Assembly: GCF_036588685.1 (NCBI RefSeq) | Contig: NC_086381.1 | Location: 31,496,001-31,560,000 of the forward strand | Reading direction: 5' to 3' | Length of the DNA: 64,000 bases | Origin: Mytilus trossulus | Lineage: Eukaryota | In this document: positions 1-13,596 of the stretch, piece by piece | How the letters are laid out: the number at the start of each line of letters is the position of its first letter | Numbering within the stretch: the first letter of the stretch is position 1 | Position numbers and translations under genes: made by a program | Notes under the pieces: generated by a model | Seen by the model: only the letters and a program-made list of their open reading frames with translations | Databases searched by the model: none | What the model was told of the DNA's origin: nothing

Positions 1-120
1 GAAACACGACTGCTATGATAATTCCAATACTAGCTAAGACACTTATTCCAGAGTATATCACTGGTGACACTCTTAACATTTCTGTCCGTACTAGATTTCT
101 GTCCATAGGTGGCCCGTTTC
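1..120 (-). CDS. GABBR2: GABA-B receptor subunit 2-like, coding exon 10 (stalk + TM1; runs off window)
   Basis: CCTAG|(G)NGPPMDRNLVRTEMLRVSPVIYSGISVLASIGIIIAVVF; PPxD stalk followed by hydrophobic TM1. Confidence 0.85.
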
Positions 121-425
121 CTAGGAATTAAATTTCTTGAAGTAATTAAATAATACTTCCTAACATAGAATAACTCGTTCTACAGAATATTTTTATGTTG
201 GAATCTTGTTTGTAGCTTTATTATGTATGTTTTCTTTTACATTTCAATACATTAAGTAAAGATAGGAATGTGATGAACTACGGTAGAATACTTTTTACCA
301 CATTCATATAGCTTCTGTTATAAATGCAAATATTGTAAATTCTGACTTCATATTGTCTTTTCAGAAGAAGTAGTGAGTTATTGATAATTTGTGATGTTTG
401 CAATTATCAATTCTTTTTGGGATTC

Positions 426-510
426 GAGCGTCACTGATAAGTCTTTTCTAGACGAAATGCGCGTCTGGCGTATATACAAAATTTAGTCCTGGCATCTATA
501 ATGAGTTTAT
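426..510 (+). mobile_element. retrozyme fragment with degenerate type I hammerhead
   Basis: cgtca-CTGATAA-gtct..agac-GAAA-tgcgcg-TC-tggcg; core G8 changed to A. Confidence 0.75.
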
Positions 511-1200
511 ATATAATAATAGTTACAATTCCTTATATATTAAAAACATCCTTATTCGAATAAAGCCTTGATTGATTCATTGAGTCTTTAAAGTTTAAAT
601 GCGAGTATCTTAAAATTAATGCATATGAAAATAAAGAAATGGAAACGAAAATGAAAAAAATAAGTAGAAGAAATGTTCCACTAAAAAGTCAGTTCAACAA
701 CCTTCATAAGGAAGATTTTACAATACTATTGTCAATGCCCGGTAAATCTTTCTATCTTTAAGAGTTAAGCAGCATCCAAATTGTTTCTTCAAATTATGCA
801 AATGAATTAGTAACTCTATAGTGAATGAAAGACAAACGTTTGAATTGTATCATATGATTTTTTTCAATATTACATCTGTATCAATCCAAGACACCAATAT
901 TATCCCAAGAGATATTCTTGAGACATTGGTTGAAGGTTGATACGGAGCGTTAATTTGAAAAAATCAATATACTTTACACTTTATTATAAACCTCACATGA
1001 GTTTTTTATTTGACACGACGGCAGATAAGGGGTTTGATAAAGCCTTTGTAACCGTGACTGATATTATGACGGATATAAGTTAGTGATTGCAAATAACTTT
1101 CTGGAATATTTCTCCATGACGTTCAGTACAAAGACGGATTCCGATATCATACATTTGTCAGTGACAATTGCAGATACAAGTAACTTATACAATTTAGTAC

Positions 1201-1278
1201 CTGTCCACTGTATTTTATCCGTTATTACAAGTTCATCAGTTGATCTATCATATGTACCAATTTCTTTTAATTTCTTAT
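1201..1278 (-). CDS. GABBR2: GABA-B receptor subunit 2-like, coding exon 9
   Basis: TTTAG|(D)KKLKEIGTYDRSTDELVITDKIQWT-G|GTACTA, 78 bp, phase 1-1, matches flanking exons. Confidence 0.82.
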
Positions 1279-3672
1279 CTAAAAATACAAGTTCATAAAT
1301 TTAAGAATCTACCAACTATATAAAACAAGTAAGATAATGTGTTTTTACAATGAATAATACAAGAAGCCGAGTCCATCTTAAAAATCGACAGCAGGGTAAA
1401 GTAAAACGTTTCCTAAAAGCATTATATATCATATAAAAACTAGCCTCGATTTGTTTTATGTATATGTTGGCAAATCTTAAACATCAAATGATAATAACTA
1501 AAAACATGCTACTAAGGTTTAATAATTTTTCTTGTTCTAGAGAATTGAAAGAAGTATGTTCGGTAAAGGTCATAATTGGCCCCGATTATAAAATTGAATG
1601 ATACAAGATAAAATGTGTTTTAAGTTGTGTTAAAGACACGCGAGAAAGTTTTGTTCCAAACGTTGATTTCTACATCCCAAATAGGTAAAAATAAGAGATT
1701 TTGAAGAATTTAACAAAATTGACCAGGAAACACAGAGCCCAGGCTTCGACAAACTAAATATTCAAGTTGATCATGAAGAATGCCATTAGAAACATTGTGT
1801 TCAAAGATCATGTTTGTCGACGTATGCGCTCTATGTTTCCTGTCCAATAATCAATTAGCAATTTTACCTGACCATATCGGGAAATAGGTATTTAGTCGGA
1901 TCTTAACACGTACTTGTGATTTGGTTAAACAGGTTTTGTTATAAATATGCGGCGAAATGTCGAAATGTTCAGAACTTAATTTAATCCGTATTTCGGTAGG
2001 ATGGTGCAAGCATACGATTTTTATTGCTTCTTACACTTTGAGAAGCGAATAATCTTTAAACTACTTTATTTAAATATTGTGTAAAAACATTGATTTTGAG
2101 CTTTGAAAGTCAAGTGACTCGATCATTTTCCTGAGATAGTTTTACAAAATTGCAAAGAAATATTTTTACAGTGGGTTAGCTTTTATTAGTCTTCACTAAC
2201 TATAGATTAACAACTTCTGGTTATATTTATAATTTTGAATCATCATTGAAGGTGGAGCACGATTGCGCAGTTAATCAATTCTATTGATGTGCCATTTGTA
2301 TGCAAGAGTGACATTCCGTTGTATTATGTGCCAATTCTAAAAAGTTATGCGAGTATTCTCTCCCCTTAACAGGTTAATTATTTTATAATTAAGTTTACGT
2401 TTCTAAAATAATTATGAATAATTACAAAATGTTTACATGCATATATTTTAGTTTTTGTTATTGGTGTTTCAAAAACATTGCTGTACGAATATAATTTCAT
2501 AAATTTGAAACGTTTAAAATGATTACATACCAATATAAAGTACCGTTCATCATTTTTGAAAAAGACTATGGACGAAATTTGAATAAATTATCTTCTCTTG
2601 ATGATGGATTGATTGGCAAATGAACCAGCGTTATCTAATGGTAATCACAGAAAGGGACCGGCGAGCTATTGTTAATTGTAGCTTATTCAACCTTAAACCA
2701 ATGTTCCACTATAAACAAATGTTACTTTATTTAAATATAAGGACTTAGTTAGCTAAATCTCCTTCTTTTTTTTTTTAGATATTATGATTTTTTATTGCAA
2801 TAGATTAATATGCTAAATCAATGCACGTTTTACCAATTTTCATTGAAAATAAAAATGATTACTGTTTATTACGTCATCAGAAGAAGGCAGGATGGTAAAT
2901 TGTTAAAAAAAAAAGCTTGTTTCCTATATAGTCAATACATTATCTATGATTTATTGTGATATTGGTCAATAAAGCCTAATTTGAAATTTAAGGTAAAAAC
3001 GATTGCCATTTAAGGGCCTTATCGAACATACTCCTTTCTTGTGCATACCATTTCTATTTTCTAGATGAGATGCCTCAGTTTTGTTTCTGGCTTTAAATAC
3101 AAATGCAAACTTAAGTGTATGTGACAGGTCATAAAACTGCTCTATAGGATCTATAATCGCTCAATTTACCATCGTGTCAAAGTGGATACAATATACATTC
3201 CGATGATTAGACAATTCCTGCGAGTCATTAGGTAACTGCTTAATGCATTTAGCATTATTGGACAATTTGATGTAATGTGCCTTCACGTCTGATTATTTGT
3301 TGATAACCTTGGTATAATCTAGTGGTTTTAGTCATTTTCTGGATTAAAAAATGTATACAACCCATTGCTTCCTAAATAAGTACATTTAGTTATTTTCTAA
3401 CAAATTGTATTGTTTATAGAATATGAACGCATTGACCAAATTGCAGAATATGTTTTTCGTTTACATGGTATATTATATGGCTTGTGAAAGATGATAGGAA
3501 TTTGAACTGATAATATTAAAAGCACACGATTATAATTTCGGATTTTAAGACTTTGAGTAATGCCCTTTGCTAAATATAACTAAGATCTTTATACATTCAG
3601 GGCTCGGACATGATAAATGGATTTGAATACTTCCCATGTTCAAAAATCAGTTATCTAGTCGTTGATTTTACA

Positions 3673-3719
3673 AACCTACGATTTTACCAACCTACGATTT
3701 TACCAACCTACGATTTTAC
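3673..3719 (+). repeat. 16-bp tandem repeat x3 (aacctacgattttacc)
   Basis: direct inspection. Confidence 0.85.
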
Positions 3720-4446
3720 TCTATCACTCGTACCAAGTTCCCTATTACACAATCATCAAATGAGTATATAAATGTTGATGCAATTATGCACTTCACAATT
3801 TGATATTAAACAAAGGGAAACGCGATGACCGATGCATCCGTAAACAGTCAAACTTTTTAACGTGTGACAAACAAAGTACATGCAAGTTCATTTTGTATAA
3901 CTTTGGTAAAAAATCATACATTTATTCATTATATACGTAAAACGATGTACTTGGTCATTTTTGCGATATGGTCGAGACGACCACGCTATATGAAGACAAT
4001 TATGTTACCAAAAAGACTACGAAAAGGCCCGTTTTTATTGACTTTGACACAGTCATTATTGTTAAGCGTTGAAGGTCAAATAATATGAAAATCAATCTGC
4101 ATTACAAATGAAACTGCATCATATCAGTTGCAATACGCTAAGTTGATTGGATAGTACTACCATACATTCTATATTGTTCCATTTACACACATTTTAAAAT
4201 GTGATACTATATGTTTGATTCTGTTTAAAAGTGAAATAAATGAAAACATTGAACAGTACTTACTGTAAAAACAAATAGAGATAGACAACACTCTCTCTCC
4301 GAATTTTTTTTTTACTAAAAAAAACATGCTTGTTTTGATCGAGAGTAACTTTTCCGATGTGTTCCCTCGGTTGTCGTTTGTAAACCGGATTTGTTTTACT
4401 CAATCGATTTATGTCTGCGGTATATTACTTTTGCCTTTATTCATAC

Positions 4447-4507
4447 CTTGCAGTTGCTTGATTGATACCAATCCAATTCTGTCTGGTCCATCGAAGTGTA
4501 CCCGTCC
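4447..4507 (-). CDS. GABBR2: GABA-B receptor subunit 2-like, coding exon 8
   Basis: ATTAG|GRVHFDGPDRIGLVSIKQLQ-G|GTATGA, 61 bp, ends in phase 1. Confidence 0.85.
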
Positions 4508-4785
4508 CTAATAAAGAGTTAATAAAAATCTACATTTATCCGACACTAGTATATAACTATTTGCTGGTTGAAAATTTGAATTTAAACAAATATTTCAGCT
4601 TTTGAAATACTTTATCTGTAATATCCACCGATTGAAAACATTTAATGGCTTTATTTTCATTTAAGCAAGACCTATGTTTTGCAAAAATAAACTTTATGTT
4701 AGTTTTGAAACACGTACTTTAGGGTCATCAAGATAAAAAATACTTAGAATATTGTTTTTATTCGTACAAAAGTCAAAGAACTTAC

Positions 4786-4998
4786 TGTAACTCCAATAAA
4801 ATCTGTTTCGTTTAACGCCAGTGCCATTGAATCACCCCTGAAAAAATGTTCTTCAACTGCAGTCGGATATTTCCTGTTTCTTAGGATTGTATCTATGGCT
4901 TTAGCAATCACCCAAATTCCATCAAATGCATAACCATGAAAAACACTAAACTCTCCGTCACGTACATCATTATAGTGTTTCTTGTATTCTTTAGGTTT
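4786..4998 (-). CDS. GABBR2: GABA-B receptor subunit 2-like, coding exon 7
   Basis: TTTAG|KPKEYKKHYNDVRDGEFSVFHGYAFDGIWVIAKAI...ALNETDFIGVT|GTAAGT, 213 bp; FHGYAxDGIWVIAK motif as in GABBR2. Confidence 0.9.
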
Positions 4999-5239
4999 CT
5001 AAAAAAGATAAAAAGACGCCTTAACACGTTTTGTTCTTCGGAAGTGAATTCTAGAATAATCCAAATCAGGAATGCTAAAACCTTAAATTTGTCAACGATG
5101 AATGTGTCCTTTGCGTACACCATTGATTGATAATTTACTGTTAATAAAAAGGTGCATAATCAAATCGCTAAGAGTTTTCTACGCCTCGGAATGTTCGGTT
5201 TAAGTGTTCTTAAACCTCGTAAAATTTATTTGGCTACGC

Positions 5240-5320
5240 AACTAGTTTGATTTTGATGTGAGTTTTATGTAGACGAAATTCATAGATGGCCAAATTATCA
5301 GCCTGGTATCTGAGTGTTTA
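5240..5320 (+). mobile_element. highly degenerate retrozyme fragment
   Basis: gagttttatgtagacgaaa...cctggtatc matches the hammerhead repeat family. Confidence 0.55.
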
Positions 5321-5335
5321 AAAGATAAGACATAC

Positions 5336-5527
5336 CAAACCTGATGCCGTACGTTCGTTGCTATGCGTTAGAATTAAAGATTCCATCATAAGATATCCTT
5401 CAGCAGCTTGTAATACTTCGTGTTTTCTACACGGGACTGAAATATCTTTCGTACTAAACCATTTTTTCGAATAACCTCCAACTAAAATCCACTGATATTT
5501 TTTACCGTACATATTTTGCTGGAATAC
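5336..5527 (-). CDS. GABBR2: GABA-B receptor subunit 2-like, coding exon 6
   Basis: TGCAG|VFQQNMYGKKYQWILVGGYSKKWF...TASGL|GTATGT, 192 bp. Confidence 0.9.
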
Positions 5528-5871
5528 CTGCAAGTAAAATGTAATTTTAGTATATAAATTAATTAAAGGACAGTGTTACACGAAAAACAAATATGTAACA
5601 CAAAAACAAACGACAACATCTGAATGGTAAATTCAGAAGATCCCAAGAAAATTTGATGTCATACTTAGTTTTCGACTTATTTGCCGGCAACAGTTATTTC
5701 ACCTGATAGGAGAACATTTTTGTTTTCACAATCGGTCGAGAAATGAGAAAATTTATAGTAGAAAAAGTAGATAAATTGTAAAATAAAAAGGTGTGAACGA
5801 TTGTTTGTGGAGGACATGAATAATTTTCATGGAAGACATTTTATGATAAACGTATTCCTATTCTTACTTAC

Positions 5872-5937
5872 ACTACAAAATATTTTCCTTGCCATCGTTT
5901 CGTTAAAGAAACCAACAATGATTCTGGCATCTAGTTT
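5872..5937 (-). CDS. GABBR2: GABA-B receptor subunit 2-like, coding exon 5
   Basis: AACAG|KLDARIIVGFFNETMARKIFCS|GTAAGT, 66 bp; D(A/V)RII(V/L)G..F....A.K.FC motif. Confidence 0.9.
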
Positions 5938-6479
5938 CTGTTAAAATAAAATACAAAATAAAATAGTTAAGTACGTCAACCTTATACATGTATCAATCTA
6001 TAGATGTACACAGCAAATCCTGACGGAAAGTGTAGAATTATGATATTATTATTGCTATATATTTGAAGTTGGTTTTACAATATAACCAGAATATGTTTTT
6101 CAATGTTCGACAAACTGTCTACAGTGTTATGTAACCTGTGTTTTTCCGTTATCTCATTTTTTTCTATGGTGTTGTCTTTTGTCTTGTTATAGTTTTATAT
6201 CCATTTGGTATGTATCCCTTTTGCATAATATACATCTATTTTTTTAGTTGGTTTAAATTGCTAGTTACCTTTTCCTACTGAAGTATTTTTTTCTAAAATC
6301 ATTTGTTATTGTTTACTTTCAGTAAATAGAAAATTTATGAAACTTTTAAATAATCAAATTACTATGGGAAGTATATCCCGGGCAAAGATTGAGTTAGCTG
6401 CGTTCAACTGTTCTGTTCGGAATTTACCATTCTAATGCTTTTGTACTAAGCATTTGATTTTACTTTTTTACTGTTTTCT

Positions 6480-6565
6480 TCGAGTGACACTGGTGAGTTG
6501 TATGTACTATACGAGTCACGTCTGAAGTATCAAAATATAAGCCTTGTATATTTGATGACAATTTT
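6480..6565 (+). mobile_element. highly degenerate retrozyme fragment
   Basis: cgagtgacactggtgag...cgtctg..gtatcaaaatataagcct..tttgat. Confidence 0.5.
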
Positions 6566-6661
6566 ACTCAATCCAAAATGCAGAATATTTTAGATCAACT
6601 TGAACGACAATGACCCAGTGTTGTCATTCAGGCATAATTCTGGTAAAACATAAGTGGTTAC

Positions 6662-6763
6662 CTTTATATTTTCGACAGCTGAGCTTGGATCATCGAGAAA
6701 ACTCTCCACTTTTAAAACTTCTATATTGGCATCATCGATGACTTGTATAAACTTATTGTGTGC
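6662..6763 (-). CDS. GABBR2: GABA-B receptor subunit 2-like, coding exon 4
   Basis: AATAG|AHNKFIQVIDDANIEVLKVESFLDDPSSAVENIK|GTAACC, 102 bp. Confidence 0.85.
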
Positions 6764-9177
6764 CTATTTCAAAAAATCTAAAATAATTAATTTAGATTCG
6801 CCTCAGTCTTTGTTTGTCAACGCAATATTCAGTCTCTTAGAGTTCCTAGCCAACATGATGGTCATAAATTTAATTAATGATGTTTTAATGCATATTATAG
6901 ATAAGCTTGATTATTTATAGCAAATGTCCACTAACCTCTTTGATGGATATATTAACAGTGGTTATACTAAAATGTTAATTCCACTCCAAGTAAATGCTGT
7001 CCTGTGTGTGTCTTCTTAGATGTGTGTACCTTATGAAGTTTATTCAAAACACTTGATGCGCACTGAAAAAAAATCTCTTAAAGAGAGTTTTATACTGCTG
7101 TAGGTCTTTTTTCTTTTTCTTTAGCTTTGGCGTTTTCAGTCTTTTTTTTCGACTTATACCTTTGAATGTCCTTTTGGTATATATTCACGACTCAAAAGAG
7201 CAAATTGTATTTAATTTGTAAATGCACATGAATCATCAAATTAATAACATGTTCAATATTCATTAAAGTTGATGAGACAATTGAACAATCATCAAATAAA
7301 GTGTCAATAAATTAGGGTTTTGTTATCCAAATGGCATTGCTTGCTGTCAGAAAACACAGCAAACAATTAATACGAAATTGTTTTGGTATAATACATTCGT
7401 TAGGTGTAAAAGGTCAGGAAACTATTAAACAAATTAAATTTAAAGTCACATAATAAACTCTTCTGCCAGCTTTGCATTTAAACTGCTCTGTATTAATCCT
7501 GTAGCTGCCGATTTAGAAACCTTTAAAATTGTACATCGTTCAGTAAGAATATAAATTCTATAAATTTAAGAACATAAAGAGCTAGTAAAACAGAAGTCAT
7601 GTCGATGTGCGAGATATTGTAAAGAAAAGTCAACATATCAAAGGTGACATTATAACTGCATAGGGAAATTAAATCAATGGACCTCTGATTAAACAAGGAT
7701 TACATTATATCACAAGTTCTACAAGTAAATACAATTTATAACGGATCAAACTGATACAGGGAAACTTAATAATTCTGACTCAATGTTATGAAAGTATTTG
7801 TATTGAACATATTAATTGTAGAAAAAAATATTTATCCGTTTTGTCAATTCAGTTTGTATTAATCATCTTAATATTTGTTAAATTTATAGTCAAAAGCCTA
7901 CATTGATATATTGTACCTCTTACAAATATAATTCAACAATATGCACGTTACCAACGGAGTACAATGTGTAAGATAGTTTACTCATATCAATGTGTTTTGA
8001 TTTCCAATGATTATGTTCACTTTGCTGTGAAGGCAAACAGTCAACAGGACCATTAAACCAATATCAAAAGCACGAAAAGGTCCCATAAACTCCAACAGCT
8101 ATCATTGAGATTTTAATGTCTGCAGGTCATCATATGTTTCGGAAACGGTGAGGAAACAGATAAATCTAGAGATAAATCCAGAGATTGATCCCCCCAAATT
8201 TGTTTACAAAAATGTACATGTATCCTTTATGATGTAGATCTGATATTTCATTGAAATGGATTTAATTTGGCAAATAACTTATTGATGTGATTGTATAACC
8301 TGAGTTTTATATAAAATTTTAGGGTCAGGACATGAGCAGAACAAAAAGAAGGAAGTGGATGGAAATATATATTCGTAATAAACTGGATCTAAAAGATGCG
8401 CAAAACACACATATTGTTGATGTAAAATACTCCTCAATGTCTGCAACGGTTATCGTTATTTAGTATTTTTTACCGATTATTTAACATTATTCCAGCAAAT
8501 GACTTTGACTGCGTCAATAAGTTACGTTCAAAAATTGTTCGATTTAGAAAATTTTCGATGCAAATTATATTTGGTCTTCTGCGGGCTTTCGATACATAAG
8601 TGTGCATATACACAAGTTGAAAATTCATAAAAGGATAACATATTATTTTTTTTAGATTTGGACAGTACACTGATCTCACAAACGAAATACCAAGACCTAC
8701 GAAAGAATATATGTTTAAACAAAGACAAACAACAACGAACTGTTCATAGTTCAGAAAGCATACACAATGTGGTAGAAAAACCGGTTGTACTTGTTAAAAC
8801 TCTCCCACCCTTTTTAACTTTGTAGAAAGTGTGTCGAAAAACAAACACACAAGTTGTGCACATGCAGTGTAGATACATATCGAGTTTTGCTAAATTATAC
8901 AATCATCATGCATAATAAACTTTACAATGCACAGTTAAAGATTATAAAATGTTTGTACTATTTGAGTCTTGTGTCGTGCATCAATCCATGTGGTCACATG
9001 TGGTCAGTTTGAAATTATAAAAATAAATCGAAACTACTTGAAAGTCTATACGTTTGAAATATAAGTAACCATTTCACATAACCATAAATCTGCCTATTGT
9101 TCAAGGAATTTACTACGTCTGTTTTAATTCAATAATAACGGTCAAAGGTAACTAGCTCTCATTTTAATATAACGTAC

Positions 9178-9360
9178 AATACCGTATCTGTCAGATTCTA
9201 TCGATGCATCTTGAAATAAGGTCGCCACTCTTGTCCAATTATATCGCTTTAGAAATGCCACTTTGGCCGGGTTAAAATCTTTATCGCTTGGAACTGTCCG
9301 AAAGAAATTAGAATATGTTGATCTGTCTGACAGCTTTGGATCAGTGTCGGCATATGACAA
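9178..9360 (-). CDS. GABBR2: GABA-B receptor subunit 2-like, coding exon 3
   Basis: TACAG|LSYADTDPKLSDRSTYSNFFRTVPSDKDFNPAKVAFLKRYNWTRVATLFQD...YGI|GTACGT; FFRTVPSD motif of GABA-B receptors. Confidence 0.92.
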
Positions 9361-9642
9361 CTGTAAATGATGAAATATCAATATTAACGTCTGTTCTTTT
9401 TAACTTCCCTGAATATGTAATTTCATAGAAAATAAACATAGTTGGAGAAAAGAAAAAAACCCATAAACTTGACAAATTGATATTAAAATACCGGTTTCTT
9501 TTAAAAGGTTACATGTTTTGACAATGCAATTTTCTGTAATTTAACAAAAAGTAATGCAGGTTTTTTGAATTATGTAGTTCCAAACATTATCAAAATTATC
9601 AACGCGTCCAACACGTGCCAAAATATGAATCTTTCTACTTAC

Positions 9643-9780
9643 TTGAGACATATTCCACCACTTTGATATTTGTGCTAAAGGACCAGTAACGTTAGGACAT
9701 GCATCTCCAAATAACATCACTTTTGTTGTATTTTCATGCATCATGTCGAAAAATATCTTTGTTGCTTTAGCCATGTCACA
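9643..9780 (-). CDS. GABBR2: GABA-B receptor subunit 2-like, coding exon 2
   Basis: TTTCAG|CDMAKATKIFFDMMHENTTKVMLFGDACPNVTGPLAQISKWWNMSQ|GTAAGT, 138 bp, phase 0. Confidence 0.9.
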
Positions 9781-10569
9781 CTGAAAAAAACATTGCATCG
9801 CTCATTTAATGCAGCATACATTTTGTTCAATCTCATTTAAATTCTGGTCCATATAAGTCGCGAGCTTGAGTATAAGGACAACAAATTAGAATTCTGTATT
9901 CTAATTATTTTGTGATTCATTTATATTTCTAAAATGTTTTAAATCATTTGCTTTTGTTGTTTTCCCTCAAGAGCACGTCATTACATAATTTTTATATCAA
10001 TGCCTACTTAACCGGAGATATAGTGATCCTTGTGTCCGTCATCCTCCTAGATTTGAAAGTATTTTGCAGTTTTCGAGTTTTTTTTATCGTCGTATGATAT
10101 GATTGGTAGAGCTTACCTGTACCAATAAAATTATATGTAGTTTGCCATATCTTGGCAAAAGAGGAAAAGTTTTGGTACACTTTTTGGGATCTACTAAAAA
10201 ATGATTGTTTTATACATATCTTCAAGTCAAATATTTTTCAAAAAAGTGGAAGTCGTTCCAAACAATTACTTTAATTCTACATGTTCTCCCTATATTTGTT
10301 CTTCAAAAATAATGACGGTAGTCCATCAATCTTGTTCATATATTAGTTATCTTATAGATACATTAACCTTTTTAATTTAGTTCTATGCTAATGTTACACT
10401 TCTGATGTAATACTGTATGAACATCTGCCAGACGTGTTTCTATTCCAATTTCAATTCTTGTTGATTCAATAAACCAGAAAGTGAATTTGCCGAGTAACAC
10501 AATTACTGCTACATTATTTGAAATACAATATAAATGAGGAATTATAATAGTACCAAAGGATTCGCACGT

Positions 10570-10660
10570 TTTTATTCGAGCGTCACTGACGATTCTGCTG
10601 TAGACCAAACGCTCGACCGACGTACAAAATGTTTACCCTGATATCAATAATGAGTATTTT
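10570..10660 (+). mobile_element. degenerate retrozyme fragment
   Basis: ttcgagcgtcactgacga..tgtagaccaaacgc..gacgtacaaaat. Confidence 0.6.
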
Positions 10661-11757
10661 AACAGATAACAGACACGAAAACTAAGACAAATTCTCGAAC
10701 CCTGAAATAAAATTCTCGTTTTTAGATTTTTGTATCTCTCTCATGCATATCAGTTCAAACTGAAAAATTAAAGAGCGGCCCATCAAAGACATAAAACGTA
10801 ATTACTTTGAATAATTTGACTGAATCGACATATATATATACTCATTATTTCGATTTCATATACTAGGACTTACAAAGTTAAATAAAGGCAACAGTAGTAT
10901 ACCGCAGTTCAAAAATCGTAAACAGATTGTTTAAATATTTACGCGTAATACTATTACCGATAGTAATGTGCTATCAAACGAATGGATAACAACTTATTCA
11001 TGACTTAGAACAGTCATTTTCATATGTAGAAATGGAGGATGAAAGCTGGTTTTATAGCTAGCTAGTCGTCGCACTTGTATGCCGGTGTATTAAATTCCAA
11101 ATATATGTATAATAAAACATGTTAGGATAAACCCACTAATAAGTCTAATTCGATAGATTCGCAGAAATTTGACAGGATAATGGGAATATATCTGCTATCA
11201 TCTGTAAAACGGATTTTCAATAACCGTAAAATTTACGATGGAATGATTTGATCTTTGATTTTAATTTTAATTTTTTTTTAACTAATGATTGACCTAGTTA
11301 GCTATAGTAACATTAAACATAACTTTTATCAATAATATTATACCCTGAATGAGGGATTCTGCACTATATACTTTGATGCTTCTTTGTTATTAGGAAAAGA
11401 AAATTGATACAACAGAAAGTACATGTTGCTAAAATTTCAAAGCAAGAGTGTTCATTATCCGTGATACTGAAATCACTGTATCATTTTAAAAAACAGAATT
11501 GCATTAACTGTTTGAATACGCTCTGTGTCGTAACATTTGATGTCTAATGTGAAATTAATCAAATTTGATTTCAACACAGAAACTGCAAACACAATTAGCT
11601 TTGCTTCTGTTATCTGCGTGACTGCATTAAAAGATTTAATATAACTAAAATACAATGTGTCGTCAGAGTTTATGTAAATGAAATTTGCCATCAGTGCACT
11701 GTTCGATTGTAAAAACGGTCAACTTTCCTTTTAAACGAGAGTAACCTTAGCACTAGA

Positions 11758-12262
11758 GAGTGTAAAAGGATTTTCCCACTACGTTGGTCGGTTGATACAT
11801 TGTATGTACCATTTGATAGTGAAGAAGGGTCTTCCAACTTTATTTGCCGATTAATATATATTATACAGTGTAAACGGGTCCTCAAACTTCGTTTGTCGGT
11901 TTAAATATAATTGTATCAATAGACCGTGTAAATTATCTTCTAACTTGGTTTGTCAGTTTATATGAAACATAAGGCAGTGTAAAGGGTCTACCAACTACAT
12001 CTGTTTGTTCACATATAAAATAAGATGGTGATAAGGGTCTACTAACTTTATTTGTCGATTTATATATATCAATAGACTGTGTAAAAGGGTCTTCTAACTT
12101 CGTTTGTCGGTTTAAAGATATTGGTAGCATAAGACAGTGATAAGTCTTTCAACTTCGTTAAGCGGTTTATATTCAGCATTAGACGGTATAAAAGGGTCGT
12201 CCAACATCGTTTGACAGTTGAATTAATGCACTAGACAGTGTAAAATGGTCTTCCAACTTTCA
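11758..12262 (+). repeat. imperfect ~62-bp minisatellite, ~8 copies, in GABA-B intron 1
   Basis: recurring gtgtaaa(a)gggtcttccaacttcgtttgtcggttta at ~62-bp spacing. Confidence 0.8.
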
Positions 12263-12779
12263 ACTTCATTTGGTGGATTGCAAAATTGGGACAATAACTG
12301 CAAAGATCTTGAAAAGTATTCTAGTGATATATATTATATATACAAACCGCCTAAAAAGGGCTTTACTTGTACTTCAAAGAAGTTTTTGTTGTTTTTTTAC
12401 CGATCATTTTGTATGCAAAATTTTGCGATTCCGTATAATTTATTTTATAATGTTTAAACATTGCAGAGAATACCCAGACTATCCAGTAATCTTATAGACA
12501 GATACTGTAACTTAGTACACAATTTAGACTTTAATAAAAACAGATTTTACCATATTTATATTTATAAAGCCTATACAATTTTACGCTAAAAGTCGCTTCG
12601 ACTTATTTTGAGGTGTCCATAATCATGTTTGAATCAATCTGATATGAAAGAGTATAATTATTCTTTAATATTTTAAATATCAAGTCAGGAATATGACAGC
12701 TATTATCATTTCGTTTGATGTGATTGAGTTTTTGGTTTCGACATCTGATTACGGACTTTCTAGTTTGTTTTAAATTTAA

Positions 12780-13010
12780 ATGATAGTGTGGTCATTTTTA
12801 TAAATTTCCTGTTTACAAAACTTTGAAGGTTTCTAAAAACTAAGGATTTTCTTATCCCAGGCATAGATTACCTTAGTCGTATTTGGCACAACTTTTTGGA
12901 ATTTTGGATCCTCAATGCTCTTCAACTTTGTACTAGTTTGGCTTTTTTCTTATGAAGACGAAACGCGCGTCTGACGTACCAAATCATAATCCTGGTACCT
13001 GGTAACTATT
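12780..13010 (+). mobile_element. retrozyme partial monomer (5' half of hammerhead deleted)
   Basis: closely matches 58760-59020 (ttttataaatttcctgtttacaaaac...gacgaaacgcgcgtctgacgtac...cctggtacc). Confidence 0.8.
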
Positions 13011-13596
13011 ACCTGTTGTGAAGAACCGTTTTGATGCTCAGTTAACTTGCCCTATGATTGAAAGTGACAAACTACGTGCAGAACTATTAAAATTAAAATG
13101 GTGTCTTGAAAGATCATCACGAACACTTATTGACCCCCCCCCCCCCCCATAAGTATAACATTTCAAGATCAAAAGTTGAAAAAAATTTAAGGCATAACTA
13201 TATGAGAAATTAAAATGAAATAAGTGTAACGAAGTTTTTAATAATAAAGCGTTCTAATACATGTTCCAACATATGTCAACTGAAAAGATTTTTTTGACGG
13301 ACTGAGTCTACAAAATTTCCGGATTTCGGTAAATATTAAAATATCAAGTGATGATCATTAGCTTATTTTTTACTATAATAAATATAATGTTGAAAGAAAT
13401 GTTTGCGACACAATTGCTTAATGTTTCCAGTTCAAGACACTAATGGACGATGAATTCTTGAAATATAAATATAGAAGGGTAAAAAAATAAACTGTTTTGA
13501 AATCATATATTTCGTTCGTAGTGAAATTAGAATAACATAAAATTTTGTGGCATTTTATTTAAATTAAATTAATTTTTGCAGCTCTAATTTAATTAC

